Shown here: positions 49,697-61,842 of the stretch, piece by piece
Layout of the letters: each line of letters opens with the position of its first letter
How positions within the stretch are numbered: the first letter of the stretch is position 1
Source: Glaucostegus cemiculus
Lineage: Eukaryota
DNA: 64,000 nucleotides
Reading direction: 5' to 3'
Assembly: GCA_976551045.1 (NCBI GenBank)
Contig: CDPCPM010000049.1
Coordinates: 6,386,001 to 6,450,000, forward strand
Made by a program: the position numbers and the translations under genes
Notes under the pieces: generated by a model
What the model was told of the DNA's origin: nothing
Databases searched by the model: none
The model's input: only the letters and a program-made list of their open reading frames with translations

Positions 49697-50077
49697 CCTG
49701 ATAGAAGTATATAAAATTATGAGAGGAATAAAAAAGGTAGAAAATCAGAGCTTCCCCCCGCCCCCGCCCCCGGGTGAATATGTCAAAAAGTAGAGGGCAT
49801 AGGCTTAAGGTGAGGGGGAAACATTTAAAGGAGATTTATGAAGCAATTTTTTTTACGCATAGAGTAGCACGTACATGGAACATGCTGCCAGGGGAAGAGT
49901 GGTGGAAGCACATATGACAGTAACATTTAAGAGACATTTGGCCAGGCACTTGAACAGACAAAAAATGGAAAGATATAGACCATGTTTAGGCAAATGGGAT
50001 TAGTTAAAATTGACATAGTTGGCACAAATGTTGTGGGCTGAAGGGCTTGATCCTGTGCTGTACTGTTCTATGTTCTA
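49697..50077 (+). mobile_element. CR1 3' fragment
   Basis: cctgatagaagtatataaaattatgagagg, tagagggcataggcttaaggtgag and gggctgaagggc...tgctgtactgttctatgttcta. Confidence 0.85.
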
Positions 50078-52240
50078 AAATCAGCACAGCATGATGAGCA
50101 GAATAAGTTTCTTTGAATCTATATCATCTATGCATAAGCTTGAAGCCTAAACTAATAGATGAAAATTTTCAAAATCTCAACTGTCAAGTATTACATTTCC
50201 AGCCATGAGTTAGTTTGATTTTGTACAAAACATAATCGCAGAAGTCCCACCAATTTTATAACTTAACTGTTTAGAAGGAATGGCTAGAAAATTCACAGGG
50301 ACAACAACTGAATAGTTGGGCTGGTATTGCTGCTCATCTCTGCAACTGACTGTCCGGCATTTCGTGGGGTCATGGTCAGGGAGTTTTCCAAGCAGGGCAT
50401 TAGGTAATCTGGAAACATGCTTCGCAAACCACCTTCCTTAGATCTCTCAGACACCACCGTAAGCTAGAATCTACTGATTGCTCTCCCTCTTGAAGAGGAA
50501 TTCATCAGTCTTTCTGTTTCCTAATTTAAGATAGCTTGAAGTATTTCCTCTCTGACTGTGAGGGATCCAGGACTTAAGACTGCCTTAATTTCTGCCACAA
50601 TCAGACATTCATGTCTGATGAGAGTACGAACACCTGCTTCATTAGGAATGTCAGGAGCTTCTGATTAAAATCAGTAAAGGTGGAGTCTACACCCAGCACA
50701 ATGGCTCTCTTACATGTGCAAACAGAGTCTGACATGTGTTTCAGGTGCTCTTTATAAAGTTAGATGTCAGTGAAATCATGGTGAGGTCCCTCAAGGGTTC
50801 ACATCTAGATATCAGGAGTTCCTTGGGCCAACCTATTTCAATGTAGAGAAAGTTGAGAAATAATATTAATGATGGTAGAAAATAAGGAGCAAATTCAATT
50901 GTCACAATTCTGCCAAATGCAATGATGGCATTGTATTCAGAATATACAGTCTGCCAAATTTCCAAGGCCTTTATTGTTAATCTATTAGCTTTATTTCTCA
51001 AGAAGTGATTGCTAGCAATTTATTCAGTCATGGAATTCAGACCAATCCAGTCTTCATCCAATCTTGATGAATCAGTAAATGCTACCTAATAGCAATTAAG
51101 AACCAAAACAACAAATGATTTTTGCCCTTTCCAACCTAAGACTGTTATATTCCTTCTGTCATTCTGACCAAATTCACTGAGCTCAGCAATTAAAAGATTG
51201 AAACTGGAGGTTTCTGGCCCAGTGTGGCTCAATTAAGTGTTTCCTTTACTAATTGAGACATTGAGTTCACTTACTCCCAATATGTTGCTATTATTAATTA
51301 AGCCATTTTCAGTTTGAAAAATGGACCTGTGATTGATGGAATGAAATGAATTGCTATAATGTACAGAACATTTAATACTCCTCTGTATTGTCAAGTAAAT
51401 TAAATGTCCTCTCAGCTACAACAAACCAAATAATAAAAAGTACAATAGGAATGATTTTTTGTTAAAATCTCCACATTTTGAAGTAAAACAGGCTTTTCCA
51501 CAAATGGCACACATCTTAATAGAAATAATAGCTAGGATTTCCTGTTCGATTATATCAGCTCATTGACATAATTCCAGTAATAAAGGCGGAAAATTCTCTG
51601 CAGTGTTTCTACTCCCTTCTGTCACTTCTAGGAGTTTTCAGTGGAATTAATGGAGGTGTGGGATGCACCTGGCATAAGATGGTTTGGCCTGCTCTAACAA
51701 CGTGAAAATAATGGGAATGGATCATGCAATATTTCCATTAGTTTCTCTATAGCAATGCTGAGCATTTAGAACACAAAATATCCTTCTGAGGCTATATGGT
51801 GCCCACTAAGTTGATGGACTAATGAAAATTAAATGTTTGCCTTACTCTATGTAATAAATTGTGGCGCATAGCCATACAATACTTCATGTTAAAATATGTT
51901 ACCTACTGTACCCACTTGCACTTTACCTATTTCACACTCTGTCAACTTTCCTGTTGAGTTGGAAATCCCAGAAGGAGTACTTCAAGAATATGTCAATTAT
52001 CCTGACCACAGAATGTTAGCCATGCCAAGACTGCAAGTGGAGAAACACCAGCATGTCTTAAATCATTCCCGCTTGTTGGTCCGACGTCATCCAAATTTTT
52101 GCCATTTTGGTCTTGTAACACGTTGTACAATGCTGCTGGATTTCAAACAAAAACATTTTGTGAAATCTAATTTCTTTTTCTTATTGGATCCTTTAATGGC
52201 TCCAACAAAATTTCAGAGCAGTATATAAGAATTAAAATCT

Positions 52241-52332
52241 GTCAGCTTGACTCAGTAGTAACGGTGTACCCTCCAAGCCAGAAGATTGTGTATTCAAGCC
52301 TCATTCCAGTTTTTGAGTACATAATCCCAGGT
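52241..52332 (+). mobile_element. tRNA-like head of a SacSINE1-like SINE
   Basis: gtcagcttgactcagtagtaac...cagaagattgtgtattcaagcctcattccag...ttgagtacataatcccagg. Confidence 0.55.
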
Positions 52333-52730
52333 TTTAGCACCATTCCTGGTGGAAAGGTGTAAATTGCATGTGTATGTACAACACTTTCATTATTACTGTG
52401 GACTTAAGGATGTATGATTGAAGTTGTATGATTAAAGTTTGAACTGTGTTACGTCTATATGTTCTGGTATTCCCTAGTACCTATTCATCCTCCAGTGGCC
52501 ACACTTGGTCTAATCATTATAGAATAATTTCATGTGTACAATGCCTTGAGTAATGTTTCTTTGCATCCATGGCCATGTGATGATGTGCATGTTATTGGTA
52601 CGATGAAACACTATTCATATTTCTCTGAATGAATAATTATTCAGTTATTTTGAGGGTTGATTTATGCTATTTCTGAGCAAAATTTAACATGTTAAAACTT
52701 GCTTGATCGTAGGTTTCTAGACATTTACTA

Positions 52731-52890
52731 AATCAGAATCAGAATCAGTTTTTATTGTCACAACCATATACATACATGGTACGCATAGGAGCGAGATACC
52801 GTCCTCCACAGGAACACGTCTCATAAAAAAAGAATAACATAACAACCAACAGAGAGACACATACACACTTGGCAGAATACACAGTACAAA
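52731..52890 (-). mobile_element. (TCTGAT)n-tailed retroelement 3' end
   Basis: aatcagaatcagaatcagtttttattgtcac...gagataccgtcctccacag. Confidence 0.65.
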
Positions 52891-54126
52891 ACATTACCCA
52901 TTAGTTCTTACATAAATAGATCTTAAAGTGAACAGGCTGGTGTCGGGCATTTAAAGTGCTGGTGCATTTCTGTGCTAGTGATTTAGATAATACACTCTGG
53001 ATCAATAGGGTACTATTCTCCGTGTGATGAATCCTTGCCCTGACCCAGCTTCAAAGCTGCCAGTGAGTAGTAATGAGAAGTAGGTGGTTTTATATGCATG
53101 TTTCTAGGGCAGAGTATCACTCTCAAAAGAACACAGCTCTGTGGAGTATGTGACTCATTGACTTCCTTTCATTTAATTTCACTATAATTAATTGATCCAA
53201 AGTGATGGCAGATATCTATTTTGTCCAACTTTTATTGGTGAAATATAGACTAGCTTAGTCAGAATCTAGGGATTAGGTTATTGGGCATTTACACAGCATG
53301 GATAATGCAAGGACAACTGTAGAAAAGAAATATAAAATTACTAAGAAATATTGGCAACATCTACCCCTAGACCATAGCATTCCCCAATCAAAATATAATG
53401 GCTTTGTTGCATGATTTCATTACATGGTCATGTTACTTAAGTTAGAGCAGTATCTGCAGTACAAACACCATTTATCGAGGAATGTTGTTTCCACTACCAG
53501 TTTCCCTTGCCAATTTAACATCAAAAGTTAAAAACTCAAAATGTGGAGAAGGATTACCATCCTATGTTTGCCCTGGCAGCCTGCAGATCCATAACATGTA
53601 GGGAGCATATGACAAAGCATTTTTTAATTGGCTTTTCCCAACATACCTGGTTTTGTGGGAAAAGCAATCATCAGGGGCTGCAGTGAATCTGCATTATCAG
53701 CAAAGCAGTAATTGGAACGAGAGCCACAGTCCCATACTTGCTCTGTGGATATTCTGATCCAGTTTGTGACCTGATTACAGATGGGAGCTTTAATTGCTCA
53801 GAAGCATTGGGCACTCTTTACCCGTCAAGGTGACCTGTCTCCTCCTCTCTTCAAATTGGGAAAGGGATCCAAAATAATGAATGGTCCATGGTATCAATAA
53901 ACTGGGCACTTTCCAAAAATAGCCAAAAGCACCTAGCTTTTCCACCCCCATTGCGGTATTTATTCATTCTTGAGGTCCCATTAATATCACTCAAAGTATG
54001 AATTGCTTTTCCCCACAACATCTCTTTCAATGGTTTCAAGACATTATAAAGAAATGAAGCTGTAAAATGAAGTTTAGAATATGCAGTTCCATGTTTACAT
54101 TTTGGCTTATACTTTCTACAAAACAG

Positions 54127-54243
54127 TAACCTGTAACTATGGAAATGGGGGCTGTCAGCATACCTGTGATGATACAGACAATGGACCAGTGTGTGGCTGT
54201 CACCAGAAATATGCTCTGCACTCTGATGGGAAAACATGCATTG
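54127..54243 (+). CDS. SCUBE1: SCUBE1 internal coding exon, EGF-like repeat (equivalent to exon 6)
   Basis: Acceptor tttctacaaaacag, donor gtaagt, 117 bp, phase 1-1. Joins the previous exon in frame (t+ta = Leu) and reads [39 protein letters not shown](E). It is absent from the ORF track because it is short. Confidence 0.93.
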
Positions 54244-54997
54244 GTAAGTAAAGACTTATTGCATGTGTTAAAGATACCATTGCTAGACAGCTTGCTGCTA
54301 TATGTGAACTGAGCAAAGGCCTGCCTTTCAGATTAAATGCTGTATAGTTTGTGTCGTCTATTGCATGAGCAGTTGTAAAGAGTATTTTCATTCTGCTCCT
54401 GTTCCATGGGAATCTGACTATCAATCCCTTTTCACTAATGTTGCAAATGGATGCCCATTAGTCGTCCTACTCACCACAGAAAGCTAGCTCTAATGTTGGA
54501 ACTGCTTCATCTTGTGTAATTAAAGCAAGTAGAAATCTTCTATGGTTATTCCATGTTACATCACATTTTTCTGAAGAAGTCTCAGTCATGCAATGTTAAT
54601 GTGTGAGCTCTGAATGTAACTCAACTAAACTCAAGACAAACTGGAGTTTATGTAAAACATTGTAATCCGGAAACATGAATTCCTCACAAGCTGACCAGTA
54701 TATGTGTGCTTTCTGGAGTAAAATCTAACTTGTTCAAGAGTTTCACTTGAAATATAGGTGAACATTTTGGGTTACAACTCTGTGCTTTAAGTTCATTTAC
54801 AGTGCTACTTTTCGAATATTGCAACTTATGTAAAAAAAAAAAGGCACATGGTTGAGGGTGAGGGGTGGTTTTTGAAGTTGGACTGTGGAGATGATGGGGC
54901 TGGAGGTTTGGCCTTTGGGAGAGTGGAGAGGCCAATATATTAGTACATTACCAAAATATCTGGAAAAAATATGGGGCCTTGTCTAAAATTTTTGCAT

Positions 54998-55240
54998 GCT
55001 TACCTCTAAATCAGAATGTCACGAGTTTAACTCCCACATCAGAATTTGATCCATAATTTACACTGGCACTTAAATCCAGTATTGAGAATATGCCACTTCT
55101 AGAGTTACATTGCTTTCGGTTGAGACACTTAGCAAGGCCCCACACGGCTCCTCAGGCAGCTGTTAAAGTCCCACAACATTATTTCAACAAAAGCAATAGA
55201 GTCCGTTGTGACTTGAATCAATGGCTCCAACCCTAAATTC
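54998..55240 (+). mobile_element. Deu-domain SINE (SacSINE1-like)
   Basis: Head cctctaaatcagaatgtcacgagtttaactcccac and Deu-like core ctttcggttgagacacttagcaaggcccc...ctcaggcagctgttaaagtcccacaacattatttcaa. Confidence 0.6.
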
Positions 55241-57979
55241 CATAAAGTCGAAGTGCAGTTGCAGCCCAGAAATGTTTAGTATCTAACTGTGAAGGCATGA
55301 ATCATGGAATGGTGCAGTAATACTATCATTTCCTGCAGATGAAATGATCACCATGTTGTCCTACTAAGTGCCCATTTCAAATAACAGTGAGTTGGGAAGT
55401 CGTGTGATCATGTTCACTCTAGAATCAGGCCAATTGGATTTTGCTTTATGAATGAGAATGTCAATGATTGCCTTTTTGCACTTTTGGTCAGAGGATATAA
55501 AACACTAAGGAAAAGCAACTTCATAACTGAATAGAGAGTAATTGATCAAAAGGACATCTCATTTCAGAGGTTTATTTGATCATGGTATCTTCCTGAATTA
55601 AAACCATGAAATATTTTTAATGGGGTCAGCAACTTTGGCACTTCAGATGTGTATGCCCTGCCCCAACATTGCCATTTCTGATAGTTAAGGCTTCCAATTT
55701 GCATTTGCTAGGTGTTAATTTTATAATGATGAATAGAGGCCACAGTCATGGTGGAATGGAAATTTGTGGTGTCACAGGAAAGCTCCACAAAATCCTTCCT
55801 TGCATCATATTTGTAAAGTGTAATTTATGAAATGCAGTGAAAAGGGAAATTATAATATGCCGTTACTAAATAACAATCCCCCTTCATAAGATATGGCATT
55901 CTCTTGGGTATGGCAGGTTTAGGATTGGGGGAGACATTAGTGTAGAAAACTAGGGTATGAGTTGAGAAGACACTTACCTCAGTGAAGTGGTTACAGCAAC
56001 AAATAATGGGAACCTTTGGCTTTGATTTTTGGCAAGGAGTACAGCAGTGCACCCTGTGACAGAGTAAGAGCGAATTCCCGATTCACTGTGCATACACAGA
56101 TGCCGGAAGTTACTGCCAAATTTACCCTGTAATAACAAGTGCTGTCAGCTTCAGCATTACTATCAGAGTAAAATCTGGAACTTTTATCACCAACAGTAAT
56201 TTTTAATTCTTTGTTGTCTGAAAAGTCCAATCACTGTTACATTTATATACCTGTCAAATAGTCTTGGTAAATTACTGACACAGAAACCACAATGCTTGAT
56301 TATATTCGCATCCCAGCATTTTATCTGCCTATTATTGTTACCAAAAATACAAGACATTCTATGTTGAACATATCTAATGTTAGATATAACACCAATCAGT
56401 CTATCTAGCTTTAAACATAGAAATCTAATATCCACCATCACAGCACTTAATAATCTCTTTAAAGATTCCAAAGTTCCTACCTTTCTTACCTTAGCTGAAA
56501 AATCATTCCAGATACCAGTCAGGCAGTATGAGGATTATACATTGAAGTTATTCTTTTCTAAGTTAAGTTCAGGCACACAACGCTTCATTCTTCTAACTCC
56601 TTCCAGTAGTATGTGTTTTGTATATTTTCTGTTATGCGTAGTTCTTTGGATGCCAAAATAAAATCAAAAATGCTACTTGGTCCCAAAAGCTTTCCCTCCC
56701 ATAAGGTTTAGAGGTGAACTGACTTTTCTTAATTACAGGACTAAATGTGGCCACAGGGCAGGAAGTTTGGGGCAGGGGGGCGGGTGCAGATGTTGGAGAG
56801 GACATACAATGTTATTTGGGATAAGGGAAATGTTAATGGGAATGGATTGCAGCTTAAATTTACAGATTTTGGAAGGTAAGATCCTTTCATGATTTTTTTT
56901 TGACATCTAGAAATCATATATTGTGCCATATTATGTTTAACATATTAACAATAGAAAACTTATTACCAATGCAAAGATTTTAATGTGTGCTTTAATAATA
57001 TGAAAGCTCTGATGTAAAGGTATACTCAGATTTAACTAAATTTTGCTATTAAACTCATTGCAAAACTCTTTTGTCTATTGCTTTTCTGGATCTTGAAATT
57101 AATATTACACCTTCTCATGCTTTTTGGAACATTAACCGTTGCATGCACAGCATAACAGGCAACAAACTCAAATTCTAAGAATAATGTATCAGAGACAGTT
57201 AAGCACATCAGATCCATTGTTATTTCTCAGTCATTTTGCCTTACGTATGCTTTGATCATGCTTTAATTGCATACTTTTAAGAGAAATCTTATTGGCATCA
57301 ATCTAAATACAGTGTGAAATTTGGCAAAGGTAAGTTTTATTTGATTGTATATTTGTTATAGAGGATATATGTCATCTGTCCGTCTTAGCTGGCTGTATCT
57401 AAGAAACTTAAAGAACGCTATCATGGGGGTGCTTTACTGTCCATCATTAACAGAAGAATGTTTGGCATGTTATTTATTTAGGTGCTTTTTTAACCTTGTC
57501 TGATATTGTTGTGTCTGCTTGTAATATATTACTGTTCAAGATGCAACTTTTTTTGAACAAAATTTATGTTGTTTCATGGAGAAAAATGGAATGCGATATT
57601 TTAACCAGATATTGGTAAAATACACATTCCGTGTGTTTATCTTTTCCAGTCCTTTTTGGTCTTCATAAAAGCTTGAAACTTTCTATAAATGTTCTGAGAT
57701 AACACAAGTCAGCAAATGTTGACCGACTTAGAGGTTACTGTTTCTTAGTCATATGATCCATGTTACTTTAACTGCCTGTGCCAACTTCTCTGTATTTAGT
57801 CCTCCTTTAGGAAAACCTTTATTTCCTCTGCTTTCTGGTGATGGTTCCTGATTGCCTGTCTTGTCTGAGCATTGTTGATTTTGATATAAGTGAATTTTTT
57901 AAACAAAAGACTTTTACATTTTAAAAAACACAATAGAAAGCCTCTATTGCAGCCTGATCCCACAGAGAAACTGGTTTCC

Positions 57980-58014
57980 ATATATATATACATGTCTATA
58001 TATATATATATATG
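57980..58014. repeat. Interrupted (TA)n microsatellite
   Basis: atatatatatacatgtctatatatatatatatatg, directly visible. Confidence 0.95.
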
Positions 58015-58461
58015 TTAAACAAAAAACTTAATCTTGTTAAACCATACAATGGTGCCACTGAAACACATTTCCTGACTCATCCAACTCATTATTATTTGCC
58101 ATCTGAAGTGATGTGGAATTGCGGCATCATGAAAGATTGCAAATGCCCTGCAACGTCACCCTTAACTTCAGCTGTCTGATTTTTGAAATGAAACCTAGCC
58201 TATTTATTATTTGCCTTTCTCCTGTTCTTATTGCATTTGCTGCATGTAAAAGTACTAGAACAACTTCATTGTTACAATTTCTTATGATTCTCTTCCTAAT
58301 TATTGAACCATTGTTCTTAAACCCTACTGAAGCTGCCTGCTCCTCCACCAAACGAGTGGGAGGGAATATGTTTAACTACTTCATCTCTTCCGTGTCTGAC
58401 TTTGAACTATTCTCATTATTCTTAATGTAATTAATAAGTCTAATCCAATTCTAATGTTGTG

Positions 58462-58646
58462 NNNNNNNNNNNNNNNNNNNNNNNNNNNNNNNNNNNNNNN
58501 NNNNNNNNNNNNNNNNNNNNNNNNNNNNNNNNNNNNNNNNNNNNNNNNNNNNNNNNNNNNNNNNNNNNNNNNNNNNNNNNNNNNNNNNNNNNNNNNNNNN
58601 NNNNNNNNNNNNNNNNNNNNNNNNNNNNNNNNNNNNNNNNNNNNNN
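58462..58646. other. Assembly gap or masked segment, 185 N
   Basis: Run of N, directly visible. Confidence 0.99.
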
Positions 58647-59367
58647 ACAAAAGACTAACTTTAATGGCTGTGTTGCTAACATTTTCATGTACTGACTCCT
58701 ACTGACTGTGCACGCCAATCCTTGGAACGTTGTTTCTCGTCCTGACTGTTTAGCCAGTTGTGATGTGTTCCATAGACAAGCAGGCAACCAGCGCTGCCCC
58801 TGATTGATGTTTCCTGTTTGCATGCAGACTGGTTTCCCCCTCCCCACCACCACCACCACTACCTTTTTTTCATTTTGTGTTACTGTGGAAGATTATTGTC
58901 TTCCCATATCCATCCATCACCGGCTTCTTAAGTTCTGTGTCTGTCCTTTCAAGTTGCTCTTGACTTCCAAAATTAGTTTTCAAAAATCATGAACTCTATC
59001 CTGTCTCCACTTGCTCATGATAGTTTCGTTTATTGGAATCGTTCATTTTATCTTTCATTTCCTACTTTGTCACCATTTCATGTCCTGTTAAAATTCTTAC
59101 CTTCTATATAACTTTCTGATAGGGCATCGTTTTAGATTCCTTTAGCAGTTGTTTCTAGAATCTATCTTTTCCATCTTATTTTTAGATTTTCTTCAGATTC
59201 CCAACAGGATTAACACTCTAACAAGGATTTAGTGCTTCATGGCTTACTTCTTGATTTTTTTTTCTTTTGTTTGGTTAGTCAATGCCAAGCAGCTGTCGTA
59301 GGCGGCAGAAAGATTTGGCTCCTGGTTAATCGACTGCTCCATGTTTGTCCCCTTACTTGTGTTTTAG

Positions 59368-59457
59368 AGAAGGATGAGGCTGCAATTGAGAGCTCTGAGT
59401 ACAATGCCACGTCAGTAGCTGATGTGGACAAGCGGGTGAAACGGCGGCTACACATGG
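59368..59457 (+). CDS. SCUBE1: SCUBE1 90-bp linker exon, probably a cassette exon, with N-glycosylation sequon and furin-type basic site
   Basis: Acceptor ccccttacttgtgttttag, weak donor gtaaac, 90 bp, phase 1-1, in frame with the previous exon (g+ag = Glu). Reads [30 protein letters not shown], nearly identical to the recalled long SCUBE1 isoform insert [30 protein letters not shown]. Confidence 0.92.
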
Positions 59458-59506
59458 GTAAACCTTTACTTCCACTTCCTTTGTTGTGCTAACGCTTGTG
59501 TCTGTT

Positions 59507-59507
59507 T

Positions 59508-59536
<29 letters not shown>
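59507..59536. repeat. (TA)n microsatellite about 50 nt downstream of the 90-bp exon
   Basis: tatacatatatatatatatatatatatata, directly visible. Confidence 0.95.
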
Positions 59537-59538
<2 letters not shown>

Positions 59539-61027
59539 CTTTGTGGTAAGGTCACAAATTAAAAGGTTTCTCATCTCCACCCTACTTAACCAATGTGACT
59601 TTCTTTTATATTTTCCTATTTCCTGTTATGTCTCCTCCCTCGATTAAAAAGATGCTAATCATTGGGCTTCGGAGTGATTCCACCTATAATTGTTATTTCT
59701 CCTCCCAAATACAAACCAGAAAGTTGCATCAAAGGGCAGTAGCTAGTTGGAAACTTTTGAAAACGTATCATCTGTTCCTTGTATGTCATTAAACTTTATT
59801 TCCAGTATTTCTTTAATGGGATGAAAAATTGGTATAATTTGTGGCCTACTTTCCTAAAATCACAAGTTCACATATCTGTTATAATTGAAACTCAGTTGTA
59901 TTGAATTGAACCTCAAGGCTCATGGAAGCTTGTGCTTGACTGACAAGGAAAAGGACAAAGCTGGTAGGAATCCAAGGAGATGTGATTGTAATATGGTCAT
60001 TGCAGTGACTTGTGATAATGAACTTCATTAACCAAAATTCAGAAAATAAACCAATAAATCTTATATGCAGCACCATATTATAATGCCAAAAGGGTCTGAC
60101 ACTTCTTCATTGCAAATTTTATTATGTCCTTGACCTGTCAGTCCAGCAGTTATTTTTTATTTTTGTATTTTAAATATATGCTTTCCAGAACTGCCAATAA
60201 CCATAACCGAATACTTTTATTTTCTTTTTGTGATCAAATATTCACAAGCCACAACAAATAAAGTCTTTGCATGAAGCTTTGTTCTTCCTAGACTCCTATG
60301 CTAGCATGGATGCATTTTAATGGTCACAGTCTGAAATTCAATGAATTGACACAGTATTTTACACTTTTCTACAAATTAAAAGCAATTGTGATATCTCTCC
60401 CAAGCATTGGTTTTATGCTTTAGTTTGTGCATTTAAGTGAAAGTCTAGATTGAATATTTGTTGGGTGCATTTGTTCCACCAACATACTGGCTTTAGTAGC
60501 TGGTGGCCAATTTAAACCCAGAGTGTTGCTGGGACTTGAAACTTCTGTGACTAATACAAAAGGTAATGACCTTGATCTTCAAATTGGGTGATTTGAACAA
60601 AATGCATTTTAAATATTTATAATTATAGACTCTATTAAATCTTTTTCTTGCCCCAGATCCAGAAACAGAATTAATTGAACTATCACCATCCTGGTAATGA
60701 CAAAAATCACTCTGCTGTGCAAGACTTATTTGATTAAAAAATGTCAAAAGTGAAGATTGAACCTCAATTGTTAATTGTGATCAAGATATCTTTTGTAAAC
60801 AAAACTGAAGCAATAAACAACTTGAACATTTATTCATCTAGGCAGTTTCCAGATTTCATTAATTGATTTGGAAATGAGTGTTGGGCAGCAGTGTAAAGCA
60901 TGTGTAATTACAATTATGAACATTGGAGTGGGCATAAATAAGACGATTGAAACAGATACACCTGTCTCTTGTAGTTGTCCAACTCTAATTTTTCCCTGTT
61001 ATCACTTGAAATATTCATTTATCTATT

Positions 61028-61842
61028 TGTATGATACAAAGGTTGACCATGTGGTATTCAGTGTGGAGGAAAGCCTTATACTGAAGGAAGATATAGGTGG
61101 TCTGATTTGTTGGCAAATGCAATTTAATGCAGAGAATTGTAAAGTGGATATTGAATTGTTTCGAGGAACAAAGGCTCTTCATGTGCAAGTCCATAGGTAT
61201 TTGAAGGTAGAAAAGGCAGTTCAATAAGATGGTTGTAAACATATGTAGGATACTTTAATAGCTGAGGCATTGAACATAGAGTTATGCTATAACTGTATAT
61301 CATGCTATGTAGACCACAGCTTGACTACTGCACACATTTCTGGTTACCATATTACAAGAAGGATGTAACTGCACTGGAGAGGGTACAAAGGAGACTTGGT
61401 GGATGTTGCCAGTACTGGTATATTTTAATTATGAGCAAAGATTGGATTCGCTCATGTTGTTTTCTTTGGAACAGAGGGGGCTGAAGAGAGACTTAATTTA
61501 AATGTATAAAATCATGAGTGACCTTGATAGAATAAACTGGAGGAACCTGCTACCCTTAACAAAGAAGTCAACAACCAGTAGAGGATAGATTGAAGTAAGT
61601 GGTAGAGGGGTCGAGGGTAGGCAAGGAAAGCCATTTTCATCTAGTCGGAGATATGGCTGTGGAACAGGCAGCCTGGAAGAAGAGTGAAGGCTGTAATCCC
61701 CATCACTATTTAAAAGTGATGTGTACTCAAAGAGCCAAGAATTGCAGGGCTGCATCTGCTGCTGGAAAGCTGGGCAGTCCTTTCTTGATTGACACAATTG
61801 GCCAAATGCATTCTCCTGTCTTGTAAATTTTCTGTATCTATT
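61028..61842 (+). mobile_element. Decayed CR1 LINE 3' region
   Basis: WQMQFNAENCKV and RPQLDYCTHFWLPYYKKDVTALERVQRR, followed by a 3' UTR-like end ggccaaatgcattctcctgtcttgtaa. Confidence 0.85.

Noticed and set aside
51532-51972. Weak terminal inverted similarity (ctaggatttcc / ggaaatcccag) suggesting an old MITE
   Set aside because: Only about 10 bp match, with no TSD or second copy; compatible with chance.
58805-58840. tttcctgtttgcatgcag as a possible microexon acceptor (UGC next to AG)
   Set aside because: No plausible donor follows (only gtttcc), so no exon is called.
58381-58859. Four ORFs spanning the N run
   Set aside because: Artefacts of translating N as X.
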